This document shows positions 1 through 9,995 of a DNA stretch of 64,000 nucleotides, in pieces. Within the stretch, counting starts at the first letter, position 1. Each line of letters begins with the position of its first letter. This DNA comes from Candidatus Latescibacterota bacterium. GTDB lineage: Bacteria > Latescibacterota > UBA2968. The notes below the pieces were generated by a model. It made no database searches. It worked only from the letters and a program-made list of their open reading frames with translations, and was not told the origin of the DNA. Made by a program: the position numbers and the translations under genes. The stretch spans positions 7,008,001-7,072,000 of the forward strand of contig OZ240241.1 of NCBI GenBank assembly GCA_965198115.1, written 5' to 3'.

Positions 1-92
1 GTTCTACGAAATAGCCAGGCCGCGGCGTCCAGGATCACGCCGGCGATGATGAGCACGATCGGAAAGTGGACGATGAAGGGGTGCCAATCCAT
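1..92 (-). CDS. DUF2231-type membrane protein, 5' part (runs off window start)
   Basis: Manual translation from ATG at 92: MDWHPFIVHFPIVLIIAGVILDAAAWLFRR; HPxxVHFPI motif followed by a TM helix; not in the ORF track. Confidence 0.7.
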   Translation of the reverse strand, partial: MDWHPFIVHFPIVLIIAGVILDAAAWLFRR

Positions 93-244
93 GCAAGGAA
101 GGAACACCGTTCGGGATGGGTTGAAAACCGAAAAAATGGGTTCGGTGGGCGATTCACCGATTGATCGTGACACCGCGATCGTTTTGTGTTTTCTTGGCTG
201 TTCGTAAGTGATTGACAATCAATCGTTTCAAGTAAGGGAGTCCC

Positions 245-3067
245 ATGGACGAGCAACCCAACCGTCTCTGGATTCTGCTGGTCATTCTGGGTTTGGCGAT
301 CGGTCTGAGTTGGATCGTCTCCTACTACACGGACTGGCTCTGGTTCCTGGCGGTGGAATACGATCACGTTTTCTGGCAGTCCGTGAAGGCGCGGTTTGCG
401 ACCGGAGGCTGTTTTGCCCTGCTAGCGGGCATTGTTGTGGGGATCAACCTGTATTTCGCGGGGAAATTCACGCGTTTCGCGCTGGAGGTGGGTGGATCGC
501 CCGGTGAGGGCGGCATCCCGATCGAGGGCTTACTCAAGCGCCGTCGGGGGTATGTGATTGCGACTGCCGCGCTCGTTTTCGTGATGGGAAATATCGGGGC
601 CGGGCAATGGCCCCTCGTGTGGCGTTACCTGCACAGCCAGTCCTTCGGCACGATCGATCCGATCTTTGCCCGTGACGTCGGGTTCTACGTGTTCGCGCTG
701 CCGTTTTACCAGTTCGTGGTGAACTTCCTGATCGGCGCGGTGATCGTGTCGGCCATTGTCGTGGGCTTGACGTACGCGATGAGCGGCGGCGTCCGGCTGC
801 AGGAGAGCGTCCAGCTGATGCCACGGCCCCTCGCCCATTTTTCCGCGCTGGGCGGCGTCTTCCTGCTGCTCGTCGCGTGGAGCTACCGGCTGAAGGTCTA
901 CGGCCTCCTGTTTTCTCAGGGGCGCATCTTTTCGGGCGCGGGCTACGTGGACGTGAACGTGCAGATCTGGGCGTACTGGTTCCTCGTCATTCTGTTCATC
1001 GCGACATCCGTGATCTTTTTCGTGAACGTGACACGGCGCGAGAGTCGCTACCCGTTGATTGGGCTGGGCATTCTCGTGGGTGGGGCGGTGGTCGTCGGAT
1101 CGGTTCCGGGGACGGTGGTACAAAAACTGATCGTCGATCCGACGGAGCTATCCCGAGAGACGCCGTATATCGAGCATAACATCGCGGCGACGCGCCAGGC
1201 TTACGGTCTCCACCGGATCGAGGAGCGACCGTTCACGGCCGAAGAAACCCTGACGCGGGAGGACATTGATCAGAACGATCTGACGATTCGCAACGTCCGA
1301 ATCTGGGACGAGCGCCCGATGGAGCAGACGTATCAGCAGGTTCAGGAAATCCGGCCGTATTACGTGTTCACGGATGTGGACGTCGATCGCTACACGATCA
1401 ACGGGGTCTATCGTCAGGTGATGCTGTCTGCGCGCGAGATGGACATTCGGCGTCTTCCGCAACAGGCACGCGCGTGGGTGAACGAGCGTCTCCAATACAC
1501 GCACGGATACGGTGTCGCGGTCAGCCCGGTGAATCAGGTTTCTCCAGAAGGGCTCCCGGAGTTCCTGGTTCGGGACATTCCGCCGGTCGGTTTGGAAGAT
1601 CTCGACGTGTCGCGGCCGGAGATCTACTATGGCGGCATGACCTACGGAACCGTTGTCGTCAAAACGGCGACGCGAGAGTTCGATTACCCGAGCGGAAGTG
1701 AAAACAAGCAGACGATCTACGCCGGCGATGGGGGTGTCACGATCGGGGGATTCTTCAACCGCCTGGCGTTCGCGATTCGGTTAATGGACCCGAACCTGGT
1801 GCTGAGCAGCTACATGCTCCCCGAATCGCGTTTGATGTATCATCGCCAGATCACGGAACGGGCGAGGAAGATCGCGCCCTTCCTGCACTACGACGGCGAC
1901 CCTTACCTGGTGATCTCCGAGGGACGGCTGTTCTGGATTCTGGATGCCTACACGTCGACCAACATGTATCCCTATTCGACGCGAACAGGCGGCCGGAATG
2001 CGATCAATTACATCCGCAACTCGGTCAAGATCGTCGTCGACGCGTATCACGGCGATATCACGTTCTATCAGGCCGACAGCGAGGACCCACTGATCAATGC
2101 TTACGCGAGCATCTTTCCTCGACTGCTGAAACCGATCGATCAGATGCCCGACGATCTTCGCACGCACGTTCGCTATCCTGTGGATCTGTTTCGTGTGCAG
2201 GCCTTCATGTATCGGACGTATCACATGCAGGATGTGAACGTCTTCTACAACCAAGAAGATCTTTGGGAGATTCCGAACGAGATCTACAGCGATCGCGCTC
2301 AGCGAATGGAGCCCTATTACATCATCGTGAAACTCCCTGGCGAAGACCGAGAGGAGTTTCTGTTAATGGTGCCGTACACGCCTGCGAAGAAGGACAACAT
2401 GATCGGCTGGCTTGCGGCACGGTGCGATGGAGAGCACTACGGAGGTCTGGTTGTCTATCAGTTGCCGAAGGACAAGCTGATTTTCGGTCCCATGCAGCTG
2501 GAGGCACGCATCGACCAGCAGCCGGAAATTTCGAGCCAGCTGACGCTTTGGGGGCAACGCGGGTCCCAGGTGATTCGGGGCAATCTACTGGCGATTCCGA
2601 TCGAAAGCTCCTTCCTGTATGTCGAACCGATCTACCTTCAGGCGCGACAGGAATCGGATGAGCCGCAGCAACTCGGTCCGGACGGCGAACCTCAACCAAG
2701 ACGACAGCAACAGGACCAGTCGTTCGGGAACAACGAGAGCACCGCCATTCCCGAGCTGAAACAGGTGATCGTCGCCTATGCGGGCCAGGTCGTGATGCGC
2801 GACACGTTCGAAAACGCACTCAACGAGTTATTCGGGCGGGCTCTGGCCGTAGCGACCGATGGGGAAACCGACGGCAGCGGGATGGCTGTGAGCGATCCGA
2901 CTCGACGTCCGCCAGCGACTGCCCACGATCTGGCCAACCGGGCCGAACAGCACTACAGGAACGTTCAAGATGCGATGAAGGTCTGGGACTGGGCGAAGGC
3001 CGGCGCCGAAATGCAGGCGCTCGAAGAATCGATCGAGGCACTTCAGCGATCGTTGAAGCAGGAGTGA
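245..3067 (+). CDS. UPF0182 family membrane protein
   Basis: 940 aa; YTDWLWF, DPIFARDVGFYVF, NVRIWD, DVDVDRY, YTHGYG, NYIRNSVKIVVDAYHG and GNLLAIP motifs. Confidence 0.93.
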   Translation: MDEQPNRLWILLVILGLAIGLSWIVSYYTDWLWFLAVEYDHVFWQSVKARFATGGCFALLAGIVVGINLYFAGKFTRFALEVGGSPGEGGIPIEGLLKRRRGYVIATAALVFVMGNIGAGQWPLVWRYLHSQSFGTIDPIFARDVGFYVFALPFYQFVVNFLIGAVIVSAIVVGLTYAMSGGVRLQESVQLMPRPLAHFSALGGVFLLLVAWSYRLKVYGLLFSQGRIFSGAGYVDVNVQIWAYWFLVILFIATSVIFFVNVTRRESRYPLIGLGILVGGAVVVGSVPGTVVQKLIVDPTELSRETPYIEHNIAATRQAYGLHRIEERPFTAEETLTREDIDQNDLTIRNVRIWDERPMEQTYQQVQEIRPYYVFTDVDVDRYTINGVYRQVMLSAREMDIRRLPQQARAWVNERLQYTHGYGVAVSPVNQVSPEGLPEFLVRDIPPVGLEDLDVSRPEIYYGGMTYGTVVVKTATREFDYPSGSENKQTIYAGDGGVTIGGFFNRLAFAIRLMDPNLVLSSYMLPESRLMYHRQITERARKIAPFLHYDGDPYLVISEGRLFWILDAYTSTNMYPYSTRTGGRNAINYIRNSVKIVVDAYHGDITFYQADSEDPLINAYASIFPRLLKPIDQMPDDLRTHVRYPVDLFRVQAFMYRTYHMQDVNVFYNQEDLWEIPNEIYSDRAQRMEPYYIIVKLPGEDREEFLLMVPYTPAKKDNMIGWLAARCDGEHYGGLVVYQLPKDKLIFGPMQLEARIDQQPEISSQLTLWGQRGSQVIRGNLLAIPIESSFLYVEPIYLQARQESDEPQQLGPDGEPQPRRQQQDQSFGNNESTAIPELKQVIVAYAGQVVMRDTFENALNELFGRALAVATDGETDGSGMAVSDPTRRPPATAHDLANRAEQHYRNVQDAMKVWDWAKAGAEMQALEESIEALQRSLKQE

Positions 3068-3219
3068 AAGACAGCAGAAACAGCAATGGTTGATAGACGG
3101 TGGACGGTGGGCGGTGACGACGGGCTTCGCCCCCTATTGCTGGAGATCATAGCAAACAACTTGCTCCGAAGCCCTTGGCGGAGGCGGTAAACGGCGGGGC
3201 AGGAGTAGATAGGAAATGC

Positions 3220-3257
3220 AAGGCGGGCATCGATTTTTGATCGATGCCCGCCTTTTA
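3220..3257. terminator. Probable bidirectional intrinsic terminator between convergent genes
   Basis: 15-bp perfect stem AAGGCGGGCATCGAT/ATCGATGCCCGCCTT, 5-nt loop, T-run on the + side. Confidence 0.75.
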
Positions 3258-3276
3258 CGTAGCCAGTGATTGAAGG

Positions 3277-4779
3277 CTACTTGTAGGTCTTCATTTGTCC
3301 TGATTGATAGCGTTGCCAGTATTCATCGAGGGTGGCTTTGATCTGTGGGCTGAGGAGGACACCCCCCAGGATGTTGGGGAAAGCCATGCCGAGGATCATC
3401 ATGTCGGAGAAGCCGATCACGTTGCTGAGCGAGGTGACGGACCCGATGAAGACGAAGGTGACGAAGATGATCCGGTAGACGAGGATGGTCGACGGGCCGA
3501 AGAGATACTCCCAGGCCCTCTCGCCGTAGTAGGACCACGAGATCATGGTCGAGTAGGCGAACAGAAAGACAGCGACCGAGAGGACGTATCGGGCACCGGG
3601 AACGAAGGACTCGAAGGCTGCGGCGGTCATGGCCACGCCCTTGTCCGCGTATTCGGGGTCGTCGTAGACGCCGGTGATCATACAGACGAGCGCGGTCATC
3701 GTGCAGATGACGATTGTGTCGATAAACGGACCGATCATCGCGACGATGCCTTCACGTGCGGGCTCGTCGGTTTTGGCCGCCGCGTGAACGAAAGCTGCGG
3801 ATCCCAGCCCGGCTTCGTTCGAGAAGACGGCACGGCGAATACCGGTGACGAGGACGCCGAGGAAGCCGCCGTAGAGTGCGGGACCGGTGAAGGCTTCCGA
3901 GACGATACGCCCCAGGAGTGAGGGCACGTCCGAAATGTGTGCGAGAATGATGATGACGGCCGTGAGGACGTAGAGCGAACACATCGTTGGCACGAGCCGC
4001 GACGTCACCGCGCCGATGCGCCGGATGCCTCCGATGATGACGATGGCGACGAGGAATGCGAGCAGGAGTCCGATGACCCAGTTGAATCGATGGAAGAAGG
4101 AAGAGACGGTGCCGAGCACTTCGAGGGTCTGGTTGGCCTGGAACATGTTGCCCCCGCCGAGGGACCCTCCGATGGTGAGCATGGCGAAGACGACGGCGAG
4201 CGTACGTCCGAGCGGGGCGAGGCCCTTCCTGGCCAGACCGTTTTCGAGGTAGTACATCGGGCCACCGGAGATGTGACCGTCGGGGTGCACCTGGCGATAC
4301 ATCACGGCCAGGGTACACGAGGCGAGTTTGGCGGACATTCCGAACAGGGCGATGGAGACCATCCAAAACACGGCCCCGGGCCCGCCCGTGCCCACGGCGA
4401 CCGCGACACCGGCGATGTTTCCGAGGCCCACCGTGGCGGATAGTGCGCTGGTAAGTGCCTGAAAATGGGAGATTTCACCGGGATCGTCCGGGTCGTCGTA
4501 GAGTCCGCGGATGACATTGATGGAGTGCTTGAACCCCCTGAGGTTGAGGAAGTTGAAGTATAGACTGTAGTAGACCGCGCCGAAGACGAGAACGACGACG
4601 ATCAGGGGAACGCCCGTGCCGAAGTCCGCGAAGAGGACGTCGGCCATGAGGTTCACCGTGTCACCGAGAAGATCGTTGAGCTTGGCGATCTTGTCCTTGA
4701 CCCAGCCGTCTTCCTGAGCGAATGCACTGCTTCCTGATAGCAGCAGGACGAGAAGCACGGCGATCACGCGGTGGCGCAT
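3277..4779 (-). CDS. Alanine/glycine:cation symporter (AGCS/AlsT family)
   Basis: GEISHFQAL, ATVGLGNIAGVA, GGPGAVFWM, GGPMYY, FSNEAGLGSA, FIDTIVIC motifs. Confidence 0.95.
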   Translation of the reverse strand: MRHRVIAVLLVLLLSGSSAFAQEDGWVKDKIAKLNDLLGDTVNLMADVLFADFGTGVPLIVVVLVFGAVYYSLYFNFLNLRGFKHSINVIRGLYDDPDDPGEISHFQALTSALSATVGLGNIAGVAVAVGTGGPGAVFWMVSIALFGMSAKLASCTLAVMYRQVHPDGHISGGPMYYLENGLARKGLAPLGRTLAVVFAMLTIGGSLGGGNMFQANQTLEVLGTVSSFFHRFNWVIGLLLAFLVAIVIIGGIRRIGAVTSRLVPTMCSLYVLTAVIIILAHISDVPSLLGRIVSEAFTGPALYGGFLGVLVTGIRRAVFSNEAGLGSAAFVHAAAKTDEPAREGIVAMIGPFIDTIVICTMTALVCMITGVYDDPEYADKGVAMTAAAFESFVPGARYVLSVAVFLFAYSTMISWSYYGERAWEYLFGPSTILVYRIIFVTFVFIGSVTSLSNVIGFSDMMILGMAFPNILGGVLLSPQIKATLDEYWQRYQSGQMKTYK

Positions 4780-4930
4780 CGGGGTCTCCCTTGGCGGGTT
4801 TCGTGATGAGGTTGCTGGGATTTCGTCAGGCTCGAAAGGTCACTGAATATGAGACAATGGCTGCCGCAGATCAACCGTATTCGCGGCCAACTCATCGTGC
4901 AAGTCTTTCGGAAACACTGTATTACGACGG

Positions 4931-6751
4931 ATGAACCTTGACAAAATCAGGGCTTCCTCGGATTATGCTGAGGTGAGACTCTCTTACTTCCTTCCCTTCG
5001 CGGAGTGGATCGGTGAACTCAAGGATCGCCGGGTCCTCCGAACCGATGTCGTCGCAGGCATCACGGTCTTCACGATTCTGATCCCGCAGTCGATGGCCAA
5101 CGCCCAACTCGCGGACCTGCCGCCGCACTACGGTCTCTACGCTGCGTTCCTCCCACCGATTGTAGCGGTGTTGTTCGGTTCTTCACGCCATCTGTCGACG
5201 GGTTCGGTGGCCGTCATTTCGCTCATGTCCGCCGGGGCGATTCAGCCTCTTGCCACGCCGGGGTCCGAGCTCCATATCTCGCTAACGATCCTCCTGGCTC
5301 TGATGGTAGGCCTCATTCAGCTGGGTCTGGGTCTGGCTCGTCTTGGTGCACTGATCAACCTGCTGTCGCATCCGGTCATCCTCGGGTTCACGAATGCAGC
5401 TGCGATCATCATAGGGACGTCGCAGATCGGAATGCTGTTCGGTGTGGAGGTCGCGCCGGGTGGTTCTCACTTTGCGCGTGTCTGGGGGATGATTCTCGAG
5501 GCTGTCGCGGATCCCCACGTGCCGACGATGGGTGTTACGGCTCTGGCCTTCGGATCGATGCTGATCACTAGATGGCTGGGGTCTTCTTCTCCGTGGATTC
5601 TGACGGCTGTGATCGTGACGACGGTCGCGAGCGCGTGGGGCGATCTAGCTGAGACGCACGGCGTCCTGGTCGTCGGAGCTATTCCGAGGGGTCTTCCCAG
5701 CTTCTCGCTCCCGTCTGCGACACCGGGGACGATACGTGCCCTGTTGCCGGCGGCGGTGACGATCGCCCTGGTGGGTTTCGTCGGGTCGATCTCGATCGCG
5801 AAGGCGATCGCTACTCGAACCCGCCAGCGTGTCGGGACCAATCGAGAGCTCCTGGGTCAGGGGCTGGCGAATCTCGTGGGCAGCCTGGCGCAGAGCCATA
5901 CCGTGTCGGGGTCCTTCGTCAGATCCGCCGTCAACTTCCGGGCCGGTTCCGTGACAGGATTTTCCTCGATCGTAGCCGGACTCCTGGCGTTTATGACGCT
6001 TCTTTGGTTGACGCCGTTGTTCTACCATCTGCCGTTGGCGACGCTTGCCGCGATCATCGTGATGGCCGTTGCGGGGCTGCTTCAGGTCGAGCCGATCATA
6101 CGGGCGTGGCGAATCGAACGTCACGATGGCGTGGTCGCCGTGGCGGCTTTTGGAATGACGCTGGTATTCGCCCCGCATCTGGATGTCGGGATCCTCGTGG
6201 GGGTCGGCCTTTCGCTGATTCTGTATCTGTACCGAACGATGAACCCGAGGATCGTGATGCTTTCCAAGCACCCCGACGGGTCGCTCAGAGACGCGGATGC
6301 GCACGATCTGGAGACGTGCGATCACGTGTGCATGATCCGATTCGACGGTTCACTTTACTTTGGGAGTGCAGGATATTTCGAGGACAAGGTGCTGGAGCGT
6401 GCGGCCGAAATGCGTGACCTCGCCTTCCTGATCGTGGACGGCGAGGGTATCAATCAGGTCGATGCGACAGGCGAGGAGAAGCTGGTCAGCGTGGTCGAGC
6501 GTTTGCGGGAGGCCGGTATCGAGACCCTCTTCATTCGAACGAAAATGCAGATTCTGGATGCGCTCAAACGGACCGGTTCCTACGAGGAGCTCGGTGCCGA
6601 TCGGTTTTATCCCGAACCCGATCGTGCGCTCAAGTATGTGTGGGATACGCTGAACGAATCGGAGGAGTCCGACTGTCGGAGGGATTGCCCGACCGAGTGT
6701 CCCCTCAATCGTGCTCGACCGCTCGCGCCAGTGGCGAATTATAGAGTCTGA
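4931..6751 (+). CDS. SulP family anion transporter with C-terminal STAS domain
   Basis: DVVAGIT, IPQSMA, YGLYAAF, FGSSRHL, NRELLGQG, RFDGSLYF; true start may be GTG 4973. Confidence 0.93.
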   Translation: MNLDKIRASSDYAEVRLSYFLPFAEWIGELKDRRVLRTDVVAGITVFTILIPQSMANAQLADLPPHYGLYAAFLPPIVAVLFGSSRHLSTGSVAVISLMSAGAIQPLATPGSELHISLTILLALMVGLIQLGLGLARLGALINLLSHPVILGFTNAAAIIIGTSQIGMLFGVEVAPGGSHFARVWGMILEAVADPHVPTMGVTALAFGSMLITRWLGSSSPWILTAVIVTTVASAWGDLAETHGVLVVGAIPRGLPSFSLPSATPGTIRALLPAAVTIALVGFVGSISIAKAIATRTRQRVGTNRELLGQGLANLVGSLAQSHTVSGSFVRSAVNFRAGSVTGFSSIVAGLLAFMTLLWLTPLFYHLPLATLAAIIVMAVAGLLQVEPIIRAWRIERHDGVVAVAAFGMTLVFAPHLDVGILVGVGLSLILYLYRTMNPRIVMLSKHPDGSLRDADAHDLETCDHVCMIRFDGSLYFGSAGYFEDKVLERAAEMRDLAFLIVDGEGINQVDATGEEKLVSVVERLREAGIETLFIRTKMQILDALKRTGSYEELGADRFYPEPDRALKYVWDTLNESEESDCRRDCPTECPLNRARPLAPVANYRV

Positions 6752-6853
6752 GGCTAACACGAAGGCGCGAAGACGCGAAGGAGAACCAGGGTCTCGGGTT
6801 ATGGACTCGACATAAGTCGCCTACTCAGGATGATCGTCAACAGCAGCCATCAG

Positions 6854-7450
6854 TTAGGCGCAGCGTCGGTCGAGCTCGTTGTGGACGAGGACGATGCAGT
6901 GGGAGGCGAACAGGAGTCGTGGCCCGAGGCTGACGGGTGTTGCCCCGAGTCGGCGAAGATACTTGTCGGTCTTCCTGGGCATGGAGAGAAAGTCGGTGAA
7001 GACGAACGAGGGTGTTTCGCCGAAATCCATCTCTCGGATGTCGGCGCCTTTGCGGTCGAGATAGAAGAGATGATCGTGTGAACGATCTTGCAAGAGACGT
7101 TCGAAACCTCGCTTGGCGACGGTCAGACCCGGAATCGCCTCTAGAGCGTCGTTGGTGTCGAGACCCTGCCCTGCTTCAAGTGCATAGCGAATCGACTTTG
7201 CGATACTTTGCTCGTCGAACCCTTCGAGCGATCCGAGCGTCCGACCGTCGAAAGTGACCGTTTTGGGTGGGTCCGATGGGCCGTCGAGGACGATGTGGAT
7301 GACCGTGTCGTCCCGAATGTGATTCGCGTAGAACAACGCGTTCGATACGCAGTGCGCGACGACCTCGAAATGTCCGACCGCCGGTAGGTCGAGCAGATCG
7401 AAATCGGGCGATGTCGGACCCCTGCGTGCCCGTAGGATGAATTCTCTCAA
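6854..7450 (-). CDS. trmY: tRNA (pseudouridine54-N1)-methyltransferase-like SPOUT protein (TrmY/DUF358)
   Basis: MREFILRARRGPT N-terminus, SLGPRLLFASHCIVLVHNELDRR C-terminus typical of TrmY; TTG start. Confidence 0.8.
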   Translation of the reverse strand: MREFILRARRGPTSPDFDLLDLPAVGHFEVVAHCVSNALFYANHIRDDTVIHIVLDGPSDPPKTVTFDGRTLGSLEGFDEQSIAKSIRYALEAGQGLDTNDALEAIPGLTVAKRGFERLLQDRSHDHLFYLDRKGADIREMDFGETPSFVFTDFLSMPRKTDKYLRRLGATPVSLGPRLLFASHCIVLVHNELDRRCA

Positions 7451-8207
7451 GGATCAGGCCGTGGTCGGTGCTGTCACAATTCTGGTTTCGTTGCTGTACG
7501 CCCCCCTTTGGGGAGCTGAGGAAAACAAGCGTTCTACGAAAGACGCCGCAACCGATTCAGTGATGGTGAGTCTGCAGGCGCTAAGCAAAGGAGTTGTTTC
7601 GTGCGTCGCCGACGTCGAGACCGTCGTCACCATCGAAGGCCAGCGTGTCGAGATTCAGGGCACAGGTTCGTTCAAGCTGCCCAATCGGATGCGGGTTGAA
7701 AAGCGACTTGCCGATGGGGCTCGGGAAGTTTCTGTGTCGGACGGTAGTTATCTGTGGATGTACGATGTGGACGAAAACACCGTGACCCGGATCAACCTGA
7801 GTAGTGTCTATTCGGCCACGGACGTGGAAGCCGATCTGGATCAGTTCGATCCGCTCAGACCTTTCCGTGGCGTCGAGTGGGAATCGATACGTCACGCCGG
7901 CGAAGACACGACGGGAGGCGCCACGGTCCAGATCTTTTGGGCAAGACCGTTGCCCAACCTGCTGACGACACAACTTCCGACGACGATCGATCGCGTGGAG
8001 CTGCGTGTTGCTTCGAAAGATGGACTATTGCGCTCCGCGACGCTGCTGAATGTCGATCGGAATGCCGTGATCGTGCAACGATTCAAGAACATCGACAGCG
8101 ATCAGGACGTGGACGACGGACGTTTCCGGTTCGTGGTGCCTGCAGGGGCGCATCCGGTGGACGCGACTTCGGAGATGATAGAACTTTTGCGTCCCGACAC
8201 CGATTGA
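7437..8207 (+). CDS. LolA-like outer-membrane lipoprotein carrier-fold protein
   Basis: Signal-like N-terminus; FKLPNRMRVE, VSDGSYLWMYD, FRFVVPAGA; start uncertain (7437 or 7461). Confidence 0.75.
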   Translation: MNSLKDQAVVGAVTILVSLLYAPLWGAEENKRSTKDAATDSVMVSLQALSKGVVSCVADVETVVTIEGQRVEIQGTGSFKLPNRMRVEKRLADGAREVSVSDGSYLWMYDVDENTVTRINLSSVYSATDVEADLDQFDPLRPFRGVEWESIRHAGEDTTGGATVQIFWARPLPNLLTTQLPTTIDRVELRVASKDGLLRSATLLNVDRNAVIVQRFKNIDSDQDVDDGRFRFVVPAGAHPVDATSEMIELLRPDTD

Positions 8208-8208
8208 T

Positions 8209-8757
8209 TCATTGCAGGATGTATTTGGAGTAATAGAGTGCCTTGATGGGCGGCGGCTCGAGTTGTCCAAGTTCTTCGAGGACCGCGTTGTATTCCCACC
8301 CCAACATCGTGTTGAACTCATCGAGGAGACGCTGCCGCGTTTCCTCTTTGATTTTGGGCGTCCTGAGCTCTTCTCGTGTGTATTCGCTGTAGACATCGAT
8401 CATCATGTTCTGTGCTTTGGCCCAATTCCACGGTTTGAGGATCATTTCGTCGAAGACCAGGGACCGATTGTTGTAGGCGATGTCGAACTTGAGGATGAGG
8501 AAAAATCGACCGCGGCTGTCGAGAGGGTTGATGAAGAGCTCGGGCATGTCGAGATAAATTTCTTCCTCGACAATCGATTCGGGCTGGACATAGTCCGGTA
8601 CCACTGTCCCGTCGTCGACGGGTTCTTCGCGGATGAGAAACCACCAGATCAGACCGCCTATCAGTGCGAGCGCCAATACCGCCGCAACGATGATGGCGAT
8701 CCAGTTCAGTTCGTCTTCTTCGCCCTCGTCATCGAGGATTTCTTCGTCATCGGCCAT
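8209..8757 (-). CDS. fliL: FliL family flagellar basal-body-associated protein
   Basis: Acidic N-terminus, single TM helix, LFINPLDSRGRFFL, REELRTPKIKE, IKALYYSKYILQ end. Confidence 0.7.
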   Translation of the reverse strand: MADDEEILDDEGEEDELNWIAIIVAAVLALALIGGLIWWFLIREEPVDDGTVVPDYVQPESIVEEEIYLDMPELFINPLDSRGRFFLILKFDIAYNNRSLVFDEMILKPWNWAKAQNMMIDVYSEYTREELRTPKIKEETRQRLLDEFNTMLGWEYNAVLEELGQLEPPPIKALYYSKYILQ

Positions 8758-8819
8758 AGTTTACATGATAGGGTGATTCCCAAACCCGGACAAACGTGCA
8801 CGCTGAAACCGAGGTGACT

Positions 8820-9995
8820 ATGTTAGAAGAGTCGATCGTGACGGCCATCAAGGAAAGTGTCGACAGAGAGCGTCTGGTCGAGACGGCAACCGGGCTTGTG
8901 AACGTCCCGAGTCCGACGACGGAAGCCGGTGCGGTGGCCGACCATTTCGCCGGGATTCTCACATCCGACGGGTTCGATGTTGAACGGGTGGAGGCGGACT
9001 GGCCGGAATCACCTGCCGTTGTGACCCGGCTCCGTTCGAGTCACGAAGGTCGAACGCTCCAGTTCAACGGGCATCTCGACACCGTCCACCTGCCTTTCGT
9101 CGACGCATCGGTGGCAGATGGCGTCCTGCGTGGGTCGGGTGCCTCGGATATGAAGGGCGGAATCGCCGCGTTCGTCGAAGCGATGCGAGTGTTGCGAGAG
9201 ACGGGCTTCCTTCCAGCCGGATCGATCCTGCTGACTGCCCACGACCATCACGAAGGACCCTGGGGCGACAAGCGACAGCTGAAAGCCCTGATTCGGGATG
9301 GCTACGTGGGAGATGCGGTGATGCTGCCGGAGTATCTTGCGGGCGTCCTGCCGCTGCGAGGTCGCGGGATGGGCATCTTCAGGGTCGGCGTATCGCGGCC
9401 AGGAGATCCGATTCACGAGGTGCTGCGCCCCGACGGCCTTCCGAACGTGGTCGCGGCTTCTGTGAGGATCACGGATAGGCTCTACGCGTTGGCTGACGAC
9501 CTGAAGGCGCGTAGCCCGGGGCCAGGCGTCGACACGGTGTTCGTCGGGCAATTGGAGGCAGGCGAGATCTACAACCAAGCGCCCGTGGAGGCCCGCCTCG
9601 CGGGTACACGCAGGTGGACGGTGGCCGGTTCGGGTGATGAGGCGATCGGTGAGGTGGCGGCGGTTGTGGAGGAGGCGGCCGCCCCCTTCGGTGTCGAGGT
9701 GTCGTTCACGTCGACGCGACAGGGAGAGGCGTTCGCGATTGACGAAGGGGAGGCGGTCGTGGGCGCGTTCCAGGCCGCCCACACGGCTTCGACGGGACAT
9801 CCGTTGGCCGTGGGGGAGAAGCCGTTCCTGGACGACGGAAACCTGTTTCTCGCTCACGCGGGGATACCGGCGATCACGCACGGCCCCGATGCACACGGCG
9901 CGCACACGACGGAGGAGTGGGTTTCGGTGGATGAGCTCGTGCGTGTGGCCGAAGTCTACGCCCTCACTGCCATCGCCTTCTGCGGGGGGAATTGA
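8820..9995 (+). CDS. M20 family metallopeptidase/deacetylase (ArgE/DapE-like)
   Basis: NGHLDTV, GSGASDMKGG, HGP..AHTTEEW; SD GAGGTG before ATG 8820. Confidence 0.88.
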   Translation: MLEESIVTAIKESVDRERLVETATGLVNVPSPTTEAGAVADHFAGILTSDGFDVERVEADWPESPAVVTRLRSSHEGRTLQFNGHLDTVHLPFVDASVADGVLRGSGASDMKGGIAAFVEAMRVLRETGFLPAGSILLTAHDHHEGPWGDKRQLKALIRDGYVGDAVMLPEYLAGVLPLRGRGMGIFRVGVSRPGDPIHEVLRPDGLPNVVAASVRITDRLYALADDLKARSPGPGVDTVFVGQLEAGEIYNQAPVEARLAGTRRWTVAGSGDEAIGEVAAVVEEAAAPFGVEVSFTSTRQGEAFAIDEGEAVVGAFQAAHTASTGHPLAVGEKPFLDDGNLFLAHAGIPAITHGPDAHGAHTTEEWVSVDELVRVAEVYALTAIAFCGGN

